This document shows positions 8,998 through 17,319 of a DNA stretch of 32,000 bases, in pieces. Position 1 is the first letter of the stretch. Each line of letters begins with the position of its first letter. The notes below the pieces were generated by a model. The model did not search any database. It was given only the letters and a program-made list of their open reading frames with translations, and had not been told where the DNA came from. Source of the stretch: an uncultured Clostridia bacterium (GTDB lineage Bacteria > Bacillota > Clostridia > Lachnospirales > CAG-274); assembly GCA_944384235.1 (NCBI GenBank), contig CALWSP010000015.1:9068-41067 (forward strand), given 5' to 3'. A program made the translations under genes and the position numbers.

Positions 8998-9981
8998 TTA
9001 TTTCTCCTTTAGTTTAAAAAACAATGTTTCTAAAAGCAACTGTGTATTTATGTTAAACAAAAGTTTATTTTGAGCTTCGCTTAAAGCGTCACATCTGTTA
9101 ATTAATTGAGTTGTTGTTGCTTTTAACGCAATTTGTTTTGTTTGAGTTATTTTATCTCTTTGGATTATGTTTTTTGGGTTTTCTGTTTCTTTATAAACCA
9201 AAGCATCTCTAAAAACTAGATAAAGAATGTCTAAAATGGTTTTTAAAGTTTCTTTATCTTCTTTTATTTTATCTATTGTGTTATAAACATCAATTAAGTT
9301 TAAATTATCTATATTTAAGGCAATATTAATTGCACTATCTCTTACATCTCTAAATTCTGTGGAATTTATTAATTGGTTAGCCTTACCTATGCTACCTTGA
9401 GAGTAGACACTATATAAATAGGCTTGTTCAAAATCTATATTAAAAGTTTTATTTAAATAGGTTTGAATTAAATTATGTGGCAACGGCCTTAATTTAAACA
9501 TTATGCACCTAGAAAGAATAGTTACAAGAAGTTTATTATAATTTTCGCAAAGCAAGATGAATATAGCATAGTCTGCTGGCTCTTCAAGGGTTTTTAAAAG
9601 AGCATTTTGAGCTTGTATATTCATTTTATCTGCTTCATCTATTATAAAAATTTTATATTTATTTCTATAAGGTTTTACAGTTATGTTTTTTATTACTTGA
9701 TTTCGTATATCTGAAACTGTTATATCTTTTTTTTCGTGAGTTACATATATAATGTCTGGGTTATTATTGCTATCAAATGTTTTACAGCTTATACATTGGT
9801 CGCAACAAGATGTGCTATGTTGTTCACAATTTAGCGTTTTAGCAAATTCTTTTGCTAAGGTTAATTTACCTACGCCATCTTGACCAGTTAAAATATATGC
9901 GTGATTTATTCTATTGTTTTTTATTGAAGATTGAATGTAGTTTATTATTTCTTTATGGCCTAATATTTTATTAAAACTCAT
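8998..9981 (-). CDS. holB: DNA polymerase III subunit delta'
   Basis: HAYILTGQDGVGKLTLAKEFAKTLNC (Walker A), zinc-type C-x8-CxxCxxC (CEQHSTSCCDQCISC), KIFIIDEADKMNIQAQNALLKTLEEP. Confidence 0.95.
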   Translation of the reverse strand: MSFNKILGHKEIINYIQSSIKNNRINHAYILTGQDGVGKLTLAKEFAKTLNCEQHSTSCCDQCISCKTFDSNNNPDIIYVTHEKKDITVSDIRNQVIKNITVKPYRNKYKIFIIDEADKMNIQAQNALLKTLEEPADYAIFILLCENYNKLLVTILSRCIMFKLRPLPHNLIQTYLNKTFNIDFEQAYLYSVYSQGSIGKANQLINSTEFRDVRDSAINIALNIDNLNLIDVYNTIDKIKEDKETLKTILDILYLVFRDALVYKETENPKNIIQRDKITQTKQIALKATTTQLINRCDALSEAQNKLLFNINTQLLLETLFFKLKEK

Positions 9982-9984
9982 AAA

Positions 9985-10617
9985 TTACAACCCATTCTTT
10001 TCTAAAAGATTGTTTACACCATTTACAATTATTTGGTGTATTTCGTTTATATTTTTTTGTGCGTCAACAACTTTTATTCTATTTTTATTATTTTTTGAAA
10101 GACGAACATAGCCATCATACACTCTTTGATGGAAGCTAAATTTTTCTGCTTCTAATCTATCTAAAGTTGCCTGTTTTTCTTTTCTTAAAAGACCTTGTTC
10201 GGGTTTTAACTTTAAGAGAAAAGTTATGTCAGGCTCTAGGTTTGAAACAGCGTATTTATTAATTGACTTAACTGTTTTTGCTCCTATTGAACGAGCAAAG
10301 CCTTGATATACAATAGAACTATCTAAAAACCTATCACTTATAACAATTCCACCTTCTTTTAGGGTTGGAAGAATGACTTCTGAAACTAATTGAGCTCTAG
10401 CTGCCGCATACAGAAGTGTTTCTGTCATATCTGACATTTCAGAGTTATTTTTATCTATTATTATTTCTCGAATTTTTTCGCTAATTTTCGTGCCACCTGG
10501 CTCTCTAGTGCAGACTACTTTATAGCCTTTTTCTTCTAAATAAGCTTTAAGTAAGTTTATTTGTGTTGTTTTACCTGCACCATCTGTACCTTCCATTGTT
10601 ATAAATAAACCTGACAT
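9985..10617 (-). CDS. tmk: Thymidylate kinase
   Basis: GLFITMEGTDGAGKTTQINLLKAYLEEKGYKVVCTREPGGTKISEKIRE...SDRFLDSSIVYQGFAR. Confidence 0.97.
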   Translation of the reverse strand: MSGLFITMEGTDGAGKTTQINLLKAYLEEKGYKVVCTREPGGTKISEKIREIIIDKNNSEMSDMTETLLYAAARAQLVSEVILPTLKEGGIVISDRFLDSSIVYQGFARSIGAKTVKSINKYAVSNLEPDITFLLKLKPEQGLLRKEKQATLDRLEAEKFSFHQRVYDGYVRLSKNNKNRIKVVDAQKNINEIHQIIVNGVNNLLEKNGL

Positions 10618-10634
10618 ACATATTCTCCTTGATT

Positions 10635-11396
10635 TTATCTTGCTAACCAGCCACCATCAACTGCTAAAGTGAAGCCATTTACATAGTTTGAAGCTTCTGA
10701 ACTAAGGTAAATTACTGCACCCATTAAATCATCTGGAGTGCCCCATCTACCTGCTGGTATTCTTTCTAAAATTTGCTCTGAACGTTGATTATCTTGTCTT
10801 AATTGAGTTGTGTTATTTGTTGCCATATAGCCTGGAGCTATTCCATTAACATTTATGTTATGTGCTGCCCATTCGTTTGCTAAAGCTCTTGTTAAGCCTA
10901 AAACAGCTGACTTGCTTGCAGTGTAAGCAGGAACACGAATTCCGCCTTGGTAGCTAAGCATAGAGCAAATGTTTACTATTTTGCCACCATTTCCCTGTGC
11001 AATAAACTCTTTTGCAACTGCTTGAGAGAGGAAGAAAACTACTTTTTCGTTAATGTCAATAACTCTATCCCAATCTTCTTCTGTTACATTTATTGCATCT
11101 TCTCTTGAAATGATTCCAGCGTTATTTACTAGAATATCTATTTTACCATAAGCATTTTTAGCTTGAGCTATTATTTCGTTAATTGGTGAAGTTGAGCTTA
11201 AATCTGCTATTATTTCTGTGAATTCACCGTTATTAGCTTCAATGAGGGCTTTTGTTTCAGCACAGCTTCTTCTTGCTACGCCACAAACTTTAGCACCTGC
11301 TTGAGCAAGGGCAACACAAATTCCTTGGCCAAGACCTGTGTTAGCACCTGTAACTATTGCTACTTTGTTTTCTAATTTAAATAAATCTAAAATCAT
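10635..11396 (-). CDS. kduD: SDR-family oxidoreductase, 2-dehydro-3-deoxy-D-gluconate 5-dehydrogenase-like (KduD-like)
   Basis: Rossmann motif AIVTGANTGLGQGICVALAQAGAKVCGV, NNAGI, catalytic Y-x3-K (YTASKSAVLGLTRALANEW), C-terminus NGFTLAVDGGWLAR. Substrate assignment rests on similarity only. Confidence 0.85.
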   Translation of the reverse strand: MILDLFKLENKVAIVTGANTGLGQGICVALAQAGAKVCGVARRSCAETKALIEANNGEFTEIIADLSSTSPINEIIAQAKNAYGKIDILVNNAGIISREDAINVTEEDWDRVIDINEKVVFFLSQAVAKEFIAQGNGGKIVNICSMLSYQGGIRVPAYTASKSAVLGLTRALANEWAAHNINVNGIAPGYMATNNTTQLRQDNQRSEQILERIPAGRWGTPDDLMGAVIYLSSEASNYVNGFTLAVDGGWLAR

Positions 11397-11541
11397 AAAT
11401 ATTCCTCCCTGATATTTTTATATAAAATTTAATTTTATACAAAAATAGTATAACATATATATTTTTTAAGTTCAATAAAATATGATTGAAAAATCTGGAG
11501 AAATATGTTATTATTAAAGAACATCATGGAGGTGTTTATAT

Positions 11542-11904
11542 ATGGCAATACAAGAATCCGGTGAAAATTATCTTGAAGCAATACTGGTTATTAAACAAAG
11601 GAAAGGTTATGTTAGATCTATTGATGTTGCTCACGAGCTTGGTGTTTCCAAACCTAGTGTTAGTAGGGCTATGTCTGTTCTTAAAAAAGAGGGACTTATA
11701 GATATGGACGGCCTTAATCAAATTTTATTAACTGAAGAAGGCAGAAAAATAGCCGAAAATATATATGAAAAGCATCGTATAATTACGAAATTTTTAGTTT
11801 TATTAGGTGTTGACGAGGAAACAGCAGCAGAAGATGCCTGCAAGATGGAACATATTATTAGCCCATTATCTTTTGAGAAAATTAAAGAACATATTTTAAA
11901 GTAA
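11542..11904 (+). CDS. DtxR/MntR family metal-dependent transcriptional regulator
   Basis: N-terminal wHTH: SGENYLEAILVIKQRKGYVRSIDVAHELGVSKPSVSRAMSVLKKEGLI...LTEEGRKIAENIYEKH...LLGV...AAEDACKMEHIIS. RBS ggaggtg upstream. Confidence 0.88.
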   Translation: MAIQESGENYLEAILVIKQRKGYVRSIDVAHELGVSKPSVSRAMSVLKKEGLIDMDGLNQILLTEEGRKIAENIYEKHRIITKFLVLLGVDEETAAEDACKMEHIISPLSFEKIKEHILK

Positions 11905-11950
11905 ATATTTTTTGGGCAAAATTATTTTATAGCTTTAAGGAGGTAATATT

Positions 11951-12256
11951 ATGTCAGTTATTACAATTACAAAAGAAAATTTTGAAGATGAAGTTTTAAA
12001 TAGTGACAAGCCTGTGCTTGTAGATTTTTGGGCAGAGTGGTGTGGCCCTTGCCGTATGCTTTCTCCTGTGGTAGATGAGTTTGCTGAAGAAAATAGCGAA
12101 GTTAAGGTTGGAAAAATTAATGTTGATGAGCAGCCTGAGCTTGCTATGAAGTTTAATGTTATGACTATTCCAACTCTTATTGTATTTAAAAACGGAGAAG
12201 TTACAAACAAAAGTGTTGGTGTGATTCCAAAAGAGCAAATTAGCACTTTAATTTAA
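11951..12256 (+). CDS. trxA: Thioredoxin
   Basis: VDFWAEWCGPCRMLSPVVDEFAEE...KFNVMTIPTLIVFKNGE (WCGPC active site). Confidence 0.97.
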   Translation: MSVITITKENFEDEVLNSDKPVLVDFWAEWCGPCRMLSPVVDEFAEENSEVKVGKINVDEQPELAMKFNVMTIPTLIVFKNGEVTNKSVGVIPKEQISTLI

Positions 12257-12265
12257 TTAAATTTT

Positions 12266-12295
12266 AAATCCCACTTTTTAAAAGTGGGATTTTTT
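12266..12295 (+). terminator. Rho-independent terminator after trxA
   Basis: AAATCCCACTTT-TTA-AAAGTGGGATTT followed by a T-tract. Confidence 0.85.
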
Positions 12296-12305
12296 AAAAA
12301 AGTTA

Positions 12306-12334
12306 TTGACAAAAAATAAAAAATGTTATATAAT
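12306..12334 (+). promoter_or_regulatory. Perfect-consensus sigma-A promoter upstream of tRNA-Leu
   Basis: TTGACA (12306-12311), 17-nt spacer, TATAAT (12329-12334). The tRNA 5' end is at 12348. Confidence 0.9.
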
Positions 12335-12347
12335 TTAATTAATCTAT

Positions 12348-12427
12348 GCGGATATGGCGGAATTGGCAGACGCGCTAGACTTAGAATCTAGTTCCTAGGA
12401 GTGGGGGTTCAAGTCCCCCTGTCCGCA
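12348..12427 (+). tRNA. tRNA-Leu (anticodon UAG)
   Basis: GCGGATA...TGTCCGC-A acceptor stem with one G-U; anticodon stem-loop CTAGA-CTTAGAA-TCTAG; class II variable arm; T-arm GGGGGTTCAAGTCCCCC. No genomic CCA. Confidence 0.95.
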
Positions 12428-12455
12428 TTTTTTATTTAACTAAATATATTAAAAT

Positions 12456-12543
12456 TAGCAGGGGAGCTTGTGTTGGCAGGCTGAGAGGAAGTAATTAACT
12501 TCGACCCTTTACCTGATACGGATAATGCCGTCGTAGGAAGTCG
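12456..12543 (+). promoter_or_regulatory. TPP riboswitch (THI element)
   Basis: Contains conserved THI-box strings GGGGAGCTTG...GCAGGCTGAGAGGAAG...TTCGACCCTTTACCTGATACGGATAATGCCGTCGTAGGAAG, directly upstream of thiM. Confidence 0.96.
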
Positions 12544-12561
12544 ATATTTTGAGATTTTTAT

Positions 12562-12587
12562 GGGATACCGTATAGGTATCCCTTTTT
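12562..12587 (+). terminator. Riboswitch-controlled intrinsic terminator (expression platform)
   Basis: GGGATACC-GTATA-GGTATCCC-TTTTT between the aptamer and the thiM start. Confidence 0.88.
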
Positions 12588-12608
12588 GTTGTAAAAAGGG
12601 GTGTTTAT

Positions 12609-13430
12609 ATGTTTAAAACTTATTTAGAAAATGTTAGAAAAGAAATTCCGTTAATTCACAACATAACAAATTATGTTACGGTAAATGATTGTGCAAATAT
12701 TATTTTAGCTTGTGGAGCATCTCCCATAATGGCAGATGACGAGGAGGAAGTTGAGGAGATAACAAGCATTTGTGACGGGTTAAATATAAATATTGGAACT
12801 TTAAACAAAAGGACTATTAATTCTATGTTTATGGCTGGAAAAAAGGCAAATGAAAAAGGCAACACTGTTGTTTTAGACCCTGTTGGAATAGGGGCATCAA
12901 AACTTAGACGAAAAACTGTTGAAAATTTATTAGAAAAAGTTAAAATTAATGTTATTTGCGGAAATATTTCAGAGATTAAGGCTATTTTTACAGAAAATGG
13001 AACAACTAAAGGTGTTGATGCAAATATTTATGATGAAATTACTGAAGATAATATAGAAGATATTGTGGTGTTTGCAAAAAAATGTGCAAAAAAGGTTAAT
13101 TCTATTATTGCAATTACAGGTTTAATTGACGTTGTTACTGACGGAGAAAAGGCTTATTGTATATATAACGGAAACAAAATGATGGCAAAAGTTACAGGAA
13201 CTGGTTGCCAACTATCAGCTTTAATTGCTAGTTTTATTGCTGGAAACAAAAAAAATCAATTAGAAGCAACTTTTGTTGCAGTTTGTTGTATGGGGCTTGC
13301 AGGGGAAATTGCATACAAAAGATTAAATGTATTTGATGGAAATTCTTCATATAGAAATTATATAATTGACGCAATTTACAACTTAAAGGCTGAAGATTTA
13401 GAAAAGGGAGCAAGGTATGAAATTCGATAA
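12609..13430 (+). CDS. thiM: Hydroxyethylthiazole kinase
   Basis: PLIHNITNYVTVNDCANIILACGASPIMADDEEEVEEI...LDPVGIGAS...VTGTGCQLSALIASF, plus the TPP riboswitch upstream. Confidence 0.96.
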   Translation: MFKTYLENVRKEIPLIHNITNYVTVNDCANIILACGASPIMADDEEEVEEITSICDGLNINIGTLNKRTINSMFMAGKKANEKGNTVVLDPVGIGASKLRRKTVENLLEKVKINVICGNISEIKAIFTENGTTKGVDANIYDEITEDNIEDIVVFAKKCAKKVNSIIAITGLIDVVTDGEKAYCIYNGNKMMAKVTGTGCQLSALIASFIAGNKKNQLEATFVAVCCMGLAGEIAYKRLNVFDGNSSYRNYIIDAIYNLKAEDLEKGARYEIR

Positions 13431-14061
13431 AGATAGTTTGTTACTTTATGCAGTGACTGACAGAAGTTGGACTTTTGAAAAGAGTTTATACGAACAAGTT
13501 AAAGAGTGTTTAAAGGGAAAGGTTAGTTGTGTTCAGCTTAGAGAAAAAGACCTTAGTTATAAGGATTTTTTAAAAGAAGCTACAGAAATTGGCAAGTTGT
13601 GCAAAAAATATAATGTGCCATTTATTGTTAACGACAATGTGGAAATAGCAATTAAAAGCAGAGCTGACGGAGTTCATATTGGGCAAAAAGATATGGATAT
13701 TAAAAGTGTTAGAAAGTTAGTTGGAGAGAAAATGATAGTTGGAGTTTCTGTTCACAATGTTAAAGAGGCAAAAGAAGCAGTTGAAAACGGAGCTAATTAT
13801 TTAGGTGTTGGAGCTATGTTTTCTACTTCAACTAAGTTAGATGCAAAGACTGTTTCTTTAGATGTTTTAAAAGATATTTGTAGAGTTTCTAATGTTCCAG
13901 TTGTTGCAATAGGTGGCATAAACAAAAATAACATTGATAGTTTATCTGGAAGTGGTGTTAATGGAGTTGCGTTAGTTAGTGCAATTTTTGGGGCAGAGGA
14001 TATTAAAAGTGAGTGTGAAAGTTTATACAAGTTATCAAAAGAAATGGTTGAAAGGGGATAG
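13417..14061 (+). CDS. thiE: Thiamine-phosphate synthase
   Basis: LYAVTDRSW...VQLREKDLSYKDFLKEA...VPFIVNDNVEIAIKSRADGVHIGQKDMD...VGVSVHNVKEAKEAVENGANYLGVGAMFSTSTK. 14-nt overlap with thiM. Confidence 0.96.
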   Translation: MKFDKDSLLLYAVTDRSWTFEKSLYEQVKECLKGKVSCVQLREKDLSYKDFLKEATEIGKLCKKYNVPFIVNDNVEIAIKSRADGVHIGQKDMDIKSVRKLVGEKMIVGVSVHNVKEAKEAVENGANYLGVGAMFSTSTKLDAKTVSLDVLKDICRVSNVPVVAIGGINKNNIDSLSGSGVNGVALVSAIFGAEDIKSECESLYKLSKEMVERG

Positions 14062-14069
14062 AAGATTAA

Positions 14070-14852
14070 ATGAAAAAAGTTTTAACAATAGCAGGCAGTG
14101 ATTGTAGTGGTGGAGCTGGAATACAGGCTGATTTAAAGACAATGGCTACAAATGGAGTTTATGGTATGAGTGTTATAACGGCTTTAACGGCACAAAACAC
14201 AACAGGTGTTAGTGGAGTTATGGAAGTTAGTGGAGATTTTGTTAAAAAACAGATAGATATGGTTTTTACTGACATTTACCCAGATGCAATTAAAATTGGA
14301 ATGGTTTCAAGTGCTGATTTAATTGATGTTATAGCAGAAAGGTTAAACTTTTATGGGGCTAAAAATATTGTTGTTGATCCAGTTATTGTGGCTACATCTG
14401 GTTCTAAATTAATAAATGATGATGCTATTGATATTTTAAAAAGCAGATTATTTAAAATTGCAGATGTTATTACGCCAAATATATATGAGGGTAGTATTTT
14501 AGCTAATATGGAGATAAAAAACAAAGAAGATATGGAAAAGGCGATTATTAAGATTAATAACGAGTTTGAGTGTTCTGTTTTATTAAAAGGTGGGCATAGT
14601 GTTAATGATGCAAATGATTTATTATGTGAAAATGGGAAATTAACTTGGTTTGAGGCAGAAAGAATTGAAAACTTTAACACACACGGAACAGGTTGCACTT
14701 TATCTAGCGTAATTGCTTCAAACCTTGCAAAGGGAAATGAGCTTTATAGTTCAATTAAAATGGCTAAAAGCTATATTTCATCTGCCTTAGAATATGGGCT
14801 TGATTTAGGAAAGGGAAGTGGGCCTTTAAACCACAGTTTTATGATTAAATAA
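14070..14852 (+). CDS. thiD: Bifunctional HMP kinase / HMP-P kinase
   Basis: VLTIAGSDCSGGAGIQADLKTMATNGVYGMSVITALTAQNT...KIGMV...VVDPVIVATSG...FNTHGTGCTLSSVIASNLA. Confidence 0.96.
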   Translation: MKKVLTIAGSDCSGGAGIQADLKTMATNGVYGMSVITALTAQNTTGVSGVMEVSGDFVKKQIDMVFTDIYPDAIKIGMVSSADLIDVIAERLNFYGAKNIVVDPVIVATSGSKLINDDAIDILKSRLFKIADVITPNIYEGSILANMEIKNKEDMEKAIIKINNEFECSVLLKGGHSVNDANDLLCENGKLTWFEAERIENFNTHGTGCTLSSVIASNLAKGNELYSSIKMAKSYISSALEYGLDLGKGSGPLNHSFMIK

Positions 14853-14871
14853 AAATTTATATAAAAAAAAT

Positions 14872-14898
14872 AAAAGGGATTATTTTAAATCCCTTTTT
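14872..14898. terminator. Bidirectional terminator between thiD and convergent sigH
   Basis: AAAAGGGATT-ATTTT-AAATCCCTTTTTT. Confidence 0.75.
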
Positions 14899-15524
14899 TA
14901 AGTTAATTGATTTTTATTTTGAACTATTGTATAAACTTTTTTCTTAATTCTTTGAAGTGCATTATCAATGCTTTTTTCTTCTTTATTCATTAAATTAGCA
15001 ATTTGTGTATAGCTTCTACCTCTTAGATAATAGCCTAAAACTTGTTGCTCCATATTACTTAAGCTTTTTAAAATTTCTCTTTTTAAAATTTTTAAATTTT
15101 CTTTTGCAATTATTTCATCTTCAGGGTTACCACCTGAAAGGCTTAAAAGGTTTATGTAGGCGTAGTTATCATCTTCTGTGCCAACAGGTTTATCTATTGA
15201 AATTGATGTGTTAAGAGGGCTATGTTTTTTTCTACTTGCAGTTTTAATGGCACTAATTATTTGTCTATTTATGCAAAGCTCAGCAAAGGACAAAAAGCTG
15301 GCTTCCTTTTCTGGGTTATAATCTCTTATGGCTTTATAAAGACCGACCATACCCTCTTGAATTACATCTTCTTTATCTGCACCAAAGATGAAATAGCCTC
15401 TTGTTTTTTTTCTTATTAAGCTTTTACATTTATAATTAATTAAGTAGTCTAAAGCCATAATATCATTTTGGGTTTGAACTAAAGTTACAAGTTCTTCATA
15501 GCTCATATTAGTATATTTTTCCAT
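14898..15524 (-). CDS. sigH: RNA polymerase sporulation sigma factor SigH (Spo0H)-like
   Basis: ALDYLINYKCKSLIRKKTRGYFIFGADKEDVIQEGMVGLYKAIRDYNPEKEASFLSFAELCINRQIISAIKTASRKKHSPLN. C-terminal region 4: QVLGYYLRGRSYTQIANLMNKEEKSIDNALQRIKKK. Confidence 0.92.
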   Translation of the reverse strand: MEKYTNMSYEELVTLVQTQNDIMALDYLINYKCKSLIRKKTRGYFIFGADKEDVIQEGMVGLYKAIRDYNPEKEASFLSFAELCINRQIISAIKTASRKKHSPLNTSISIDKPVGTEDDNYAYINLLSLSGGNPEDEIIAKENLKILKREILKSLSNMEQQVLGYYLRGRSYTQIANLMNKEEKSIDNALQRIKKKVYTIVQNKNQLT

Positions 15525-15528
15525 AAAA

Positions 15529-16047
15529 TCACCTCTTTAATCTCAATTGTTCTAAAAACTCAGCAGACTTTTTGTCTAAATTATCTATAAGCATATTGTT
15601 TTTAACAGGTTTATTTTGACTAATTTTTTCTGCTATATGTTTATTATTTGCCATTACTTCTAGATACAAATCTCTTGCTGACATTCTTAAAGCACCTTGG
15701 CTTAAAATTATTATTTGTTCAAGGCCATCTGATGTGGCAACTGTTACATTATAGTTTTTTTTAAGCTCGTTAGTGGTTTTTTCTATATATTGGTCTGCCG
15801 TTTCAGCTTCTTTTGTGTAGACAATGTAAATATCTCCTTCTTTTGTTATTGAGCCTTTTCCTCCCTCAACTTTATAAGCATCAAAGACAAGTATTAAATT
15901 CATTTTTTTTGTGCCTTGATAGTTACAAAGATGGTTTATAAGTTTTCTCTTTGCTGCCTCAAGAGATTCATTAGCTAAATTTTTTAGCTCCTCCCAAGCA
16001 AAAATTATATTATATCCATCAACTAACAAATAATCCTTATTTTTCAT
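15529..16047 (-). CDS. NYN (PIN-like) domain RNase, YacP/Rae1 family
   Basis: DYLLVDGYNIIFAWEELKNLANESLEAAKRKLINHLCNYQG...LILVFDAYKV...YTKEAETADQYIEKT...VTVATSDGLEQIIILSQGALRMSARDL. Immediately upstream of sigH, as in B. subtilis yacP-sigH. Confidence 0.9.
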   Translation of the reverse strand: MKNKDYLLVDGYNIIFAWEELKNLANESLEAAKRKLINHLCNYQGTKKMNLILVFDAYKVEGGKGSITKEGDIYIVYTKEAETADQYIEKTTNELKKNYNVTVATSDGLEQIIILSQGALRMSARDLYLEVMANNKHIAEKISQNKPVKNNMLIDNLDKKSAEFLEQLRLKR

Positions 16048-16157
16048 TGAAATAGTTCCTTTTTATACAATATTTTTATTAACTAACATTATAATTGATT
16101 TTTGAAACAATAACAATAGTTTTTTTGATTAAGATAAATTTAAGGTTTAATATATTG

Positions 16158-16186
16158 GTTGAAAAAAAGAAGAAATTAGGTTATAA
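16158..16186 (+). promoter_or_regulatory. Sigma-A-like promoter for the mscS-family gene
   Basis: TTGAAA (16158-16163), 17-nt spacer, TATAAT (16181-16186). Confidence 0.75.
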
Positions 16187-16201
16187 TAGCATAAAATAAT
16201 T

Positions 16202-17062
16202 TTGTGGGTGGTGGTTTTTATTAGCATTGCACATTGGTTTGCAAATTACATTGAAATGCCAGAAATAGAAAACATTATTGGTTTTATTTTAAAAATAATT
16301 TTTACTATTTTGTTGTTTTTTATTACAGGATTTTTAGTTAAAATAAGTAAAAAGATAATTTTTAAAACTTTAGACAAATTTACAAGGGAAAGACATTCTG
16401 ACACAGTTGCTTCTTTACTTTCAAGTATGGCTAAATATGCAATTTATTTTATTATTTTATGTAACATACTTGTTATGTGGGGAGTTAATGTTACTTCGAT
16501 TTTAGCTATTGGTGGCGCTGTATCTGTTGCTCTTGGTTTAGGTGCTCAAGACATTGTAAAAGATATGATGGCGGGACTTTTTATTATTACTGAAAACCAA
16601 TTTGGTGTTGGAGATATAGTTGAGTTAAATGGTTTTAGCGGAACTGTTGAAAACATAGGTATGAGAACTACTAGCATTAGAAACGCTGATGGTAATGTTC
16701 ATATTGTGCCTAACGGGCAAATAAATGTTGTGACAAATATGAGTAAAGGTTTTAACAGAGCTATTGTTGACATTTGTGTTGCCTATGGCGAGGATATAGA
16801 CAGAGTGTTTAGCGTTCTTGAAAATGAGCTTAAAAAGATTATGGACCAAAATTTAATTGACGGAATTATATCTCAGCCTAAAGTTTTAGGCATTAATTCT
16901 CTTGCTGACAGCTCAATTATTATTAGAATTTCTGCTGATAGTGAAATTGGGGAAAATTGGAGAATTGAAAGAGAGCTTAGAAAGTTTATTTTAAAAAGAT
17001 TTGAAAAGGAAAACATTGAAATACCTTTTCCTCAAATTGTTGTTCATAAAAGGGAGGCTTAA
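16202..17062 (+). CDS. Small-conductance mechanosensitive channel (MscS/YggB) family; start codon uncertain
   Basis: MWGVNVTSILAIGGAVSVALGLGAQDIVKDMMAGLFIITENQFGVGDIVELNGFSGTVENIGMRTTSIRNADGNVHIVPNGQI. The track start is TTG at 16202; no ATG is available near the N-terminus. Confidence 0.92.
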   Translation: MWVVVFISIAHWFANYIEMPEIENIIGFILKIIFTILLFFITGFLVKISKKIIFKTLDKFTRERHSDTVASLLSSMAKYAIYFIILCNILVMWGVNVTSILAIGGAVSVALGLGAQDIVKDMMAGLFIITENQFGVGDIVELNGFSGTVENIGMRTTSIRNADGNVHIVPNGQINVVTNMSKGFNRAIVDICVAYGEDIDRVFSVLENELKKIMDQNLIDGIISQPKVLGINSLADSSIIIRISADSEIGENWRIERELRKFILKRFEKENIEIPFPQIVVHKREA

Positions 17063-17065
17063 AAA

Positions 17066-17251
17066 ATGGATATTCAAGTAGGGGATATTGTTGTTATGAA
17101 AAAGGCTCACCCTTGTGGGTCTAAAGAATGGAAAATTGTTAGAATAGGTGCTGACTTTAAAATGGAATGTTGTGGTTGTGGCCACTTAGTTATGATTTCT
17201 AGAGTTAAGGCTGAAAAAAATATTAGAAACGTTATTAGAAATGAAAAATAA
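17066..17251 (+). CDS. DUF951 family small protein
   Basis: QVGDIVVMKKAHPCGSKEWKIVRIGADFKMECCGCGHLVMISR: typical size (61 aa) and conserved CG(S) / C.GCGH motifs. Confidence 0.88.
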   Translation: MDIQVGDIVVMKKAHPCGSKEWKIVRIGADFKMECCGCGHLVMISRVKAEKNIRNVIRNEK

Positions 17252-17319
17252 TTGTAACTATTATTTTTATATAAAATGTGGTAAAATATAATTATAAAAA
17301 ATTTTGGAGGTAGAAAAAA

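Noticed and set aside
11397-11541. Divergent AT-rich intergenic region considered as a possible sRNA or riboswitch locus
   Set aside because: No convincing structured aptamer consensus or terminator hairpin. It is best explained as a divergent promoter region for the kduD operon and the DtxR-like regulator.
11486-11701. 71-aa ORF overlapping the DtxR-like gene start
   Set aside because: Occupies the leader and first part of the clearly identified regulator in a different frame, with no domain signature.
15005-15419. Forward small ORFs at 15005 and 15222
   Set aside because: Both lie antisense to sigH and are low-complexity Leu/Phe/Ser-rich shadows.
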